Shown: in pieces, positions 62,621-64,000 of the stretch
How positions within the stretch are numbered: position 1 is the first letter of the stretch
How the letters are laid out: each line of letters begins with the position of its first letter
Source: Candidatus Marinacidobacterales bacterium
GTDB taxonomy: Bacteria; Acidobacteriota; Vicinamibacteria; Marinacidobacterales; DATDRI01
Assembly (NCBI GenBank): GCA_965219415.1
Contig: CBDCNP010000002.1
Coordinates: 1 to 64,000, forward strand
DNA length: 64,000 nt
Reading direction: 5' to 3'
Translations under genes and position numbers: made by a program
The notes under the pieces: generated by a model
Seen by the model: only the letters and a program-made list of their open reading frames with translations
What the model was told of the DNA's origin: nothing
The model's database searches: none

Positions 62621-62683
62621 GGCGCGTACCGAGATCTATTACACAGGCTTCGGGGCGGCAATCTTCACCCCGATCTAAGACTC

Positions 62684-62938
62684 TTAGACGTCCTTCCGGT
62701 GTCCGACCCTGACGACGTAAACCACCAGATTCTCGTCCTCGATGGAGTACACGACTCGATACTTGCCTTGACGAACTCGATACCTGTCCCGCCCGGATAG
62801 CTTTTCGCAGCCTGGAGGGCGAGGATCGACAGCAAGGCTACGAATTCGATGCACGATACGCCGTCGGTCGGTTTTTTGGCCGATGGCTTCGATTTCCTTA
62901 AGAGCTGAGGTCTTGATGAAGACCCTATATCTTTCCAC
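62684..62938 (-). CDS. RelE/ParE-family toxin
   Basis: DPRPPGCEKLSG, YRVRQGKYRVVYSI, VGHRKDV. Confidence 0.9.
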   Translation of the reverse strand: MERYRVFIKTSALKEIEAIGQKTDRRRIVHRIRSLAVDPRPPGCEKLSGRDRYRVRQGKYRVVYSIEDENLVVYVVRVGHRKDV

Positions 62939-63158
62939 GTTTCTTGAGGTCTTTGACGACGCTCTCGAAGGGAAGATTACGCTCCCTGGCGCGATCCTCG
63001 AAGGCCGATAGGTCTTCGGCGTCCTCGGCTAGCGCGAGCTTCACCGCATCGTTGACGAGGTCCGAGATAGGCCGGTCGGTCTCAGCGGCCTTCAGCCTCA
63101 GGGCTCGGTGGATCTCGGGATCGAAATAAACCGTGGCCCGCTTGGGTTCTTCACTCAT
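62925..63158 (-). CDS. CopG/RHH-family antitoxin
   Basis: KRATVYFDPEIHRALRLKAA; overlaps the toxin start. Confidence 0.88.
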   Translation of the reverse strand: MSEEPKRATVYFDPEIHRALRLKAAETDRPISDLVNDAVKLALAEDAEDLSAFEDRARERNLPFESVVKDLKKRGKI

Positions 63159-63169
63159 TCCGACATTTT

Positions 63170-63575
63170 AACGTTCGAAGGAGCTATTTCTTTACTCCTC
63201 GGGGAAGAAGTGGTGCAGGTCGGGTTGGGCGAGGAGACTCTAGTTCCTCCCGGTACGGTCCACAAGCCGTTCAACCCAAACGATGTCAAGGCTGTGGTTT
63301 CTGCCCCTCTCTCGCAGGAATACGCGATGCCAGAAAAATTTGGTGTCTTCCTCCTTCAGGCCTACGGTTACTTCGACGAGTCGCCGAGCAACAATCAACC
63401 GCCGAGAGCGCTTCTTCAAATGTCACGATTCAGCCCCACCTACGACTCATGGCTGGGAGGACCTCCAGTGAATCTCCAGCGAGCGCTCTTCTGGGTACTC
63501 GGCCCCGTGGCTCGCGCCCTCGGTTACCGGAGCTACTATGAGCGCTTTGCTCCGGGGAATCGGCTGGAGTCCTGA
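63170..63575 (+). pseudogene. Cupin-domain protein, 3' fragment
   Basis: GEETLVPPGTVHKPFNP cupin motif 2; no N-terminal part or credible start. Confidence 0.6.
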
Positions 63576-64000
63576 ATGGCTGTGAACAACGCTACGCACA
63601 TCACACGGCGCACGCTACTAGGTGGCGTGCCGGTCGGGGCCGCAATCGTCGCCCTTACCGGCCAGGAAAAGCCGCGGGCCAAAGGGGCGCGCGTATGGCT
63701 GAACATGGATCAGAAGGAGCTCGATGACGCCTACGACCAAAGTGTTTACGCACCGAACTTAAGGCAGGTCATTGGCCGGTGGGTGACGAACAGCGATAGC
63801 GTCCGAGCCCGTTTGGGCACCCCGGAACGCCGAACCTACGGGCCAACCTCCATCGAAGGATTGGACATCTATCGCACGCCACGCGCGAACGCACCCATCA
63901 ATATTTACATTCATGGCGGCGGGTGGCGCAGCAGCACCGCGGAAATGTATGCGTTCCCGGCCGAGCTCTTCGTCCATGCGGGCGCCCATTGGGTGGTGCC
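63576..64000 (+). CDS. Alpha/beta hydrolase (arylformamidase-like), runs off the window end
   Basis: Tat-like TRRTLL, ELDDAYDQ, LDIY, IHGGGW. Confidence 0.8.
   Translation, partial: MAVNNATHITRRTLLGGVPVGAAIVALTGQEKPRAKGARVWLNMDQKELDDAYDQSVYAPNLRQVIGRWVTNSDSVRARLGTPERRTYGPTSIEGLDIYRTPRANAPINIYIHGGGWRSSTAEMYAFPAELFVHAGAHWVV

Overview
GC-rich bacterial window that looks like an Acidobacteria-type accessory region (PEP-CTERM protein, TolB/TPR Ser/Thr kinase, DUF885); the taxon is an inference. The only clear housekeeping genes are lepA-hemW. The rest is a patchwork of hydrolases, transporters, regulators and two toxin-antitoxin-like loci. It is heavily disrupted by IS256- and IS3-family elements, including nested insertions and IS-adjacent deletions, and carries more than 15 frameshifted, nonsense-interrupted or truncated genes, which could be real decay, long-read error or both. 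Two non-coding signals are not explained by any gene. (1) A free-standing, ~350-nt, densely hairpinned candidate ncRNA at ~45986-46335 with its own sigma70-like promoter and terminator. (2) A dispersed intergenic family of ~44-48-bp palindromes (consensus GTTACCTTTGGTTACTCGGTCC|GGACCGAGTAACCAAAGGTAAC) at five loci, built from GTAAC-N5-GTAAC half-sites, with symmetric substitutions in one copy and positioned at junctions between unrelated gene blocks. No CRISPR array, rRNA or tRNA was seen. All family assignments are from motif recognition by eye, not database searches.
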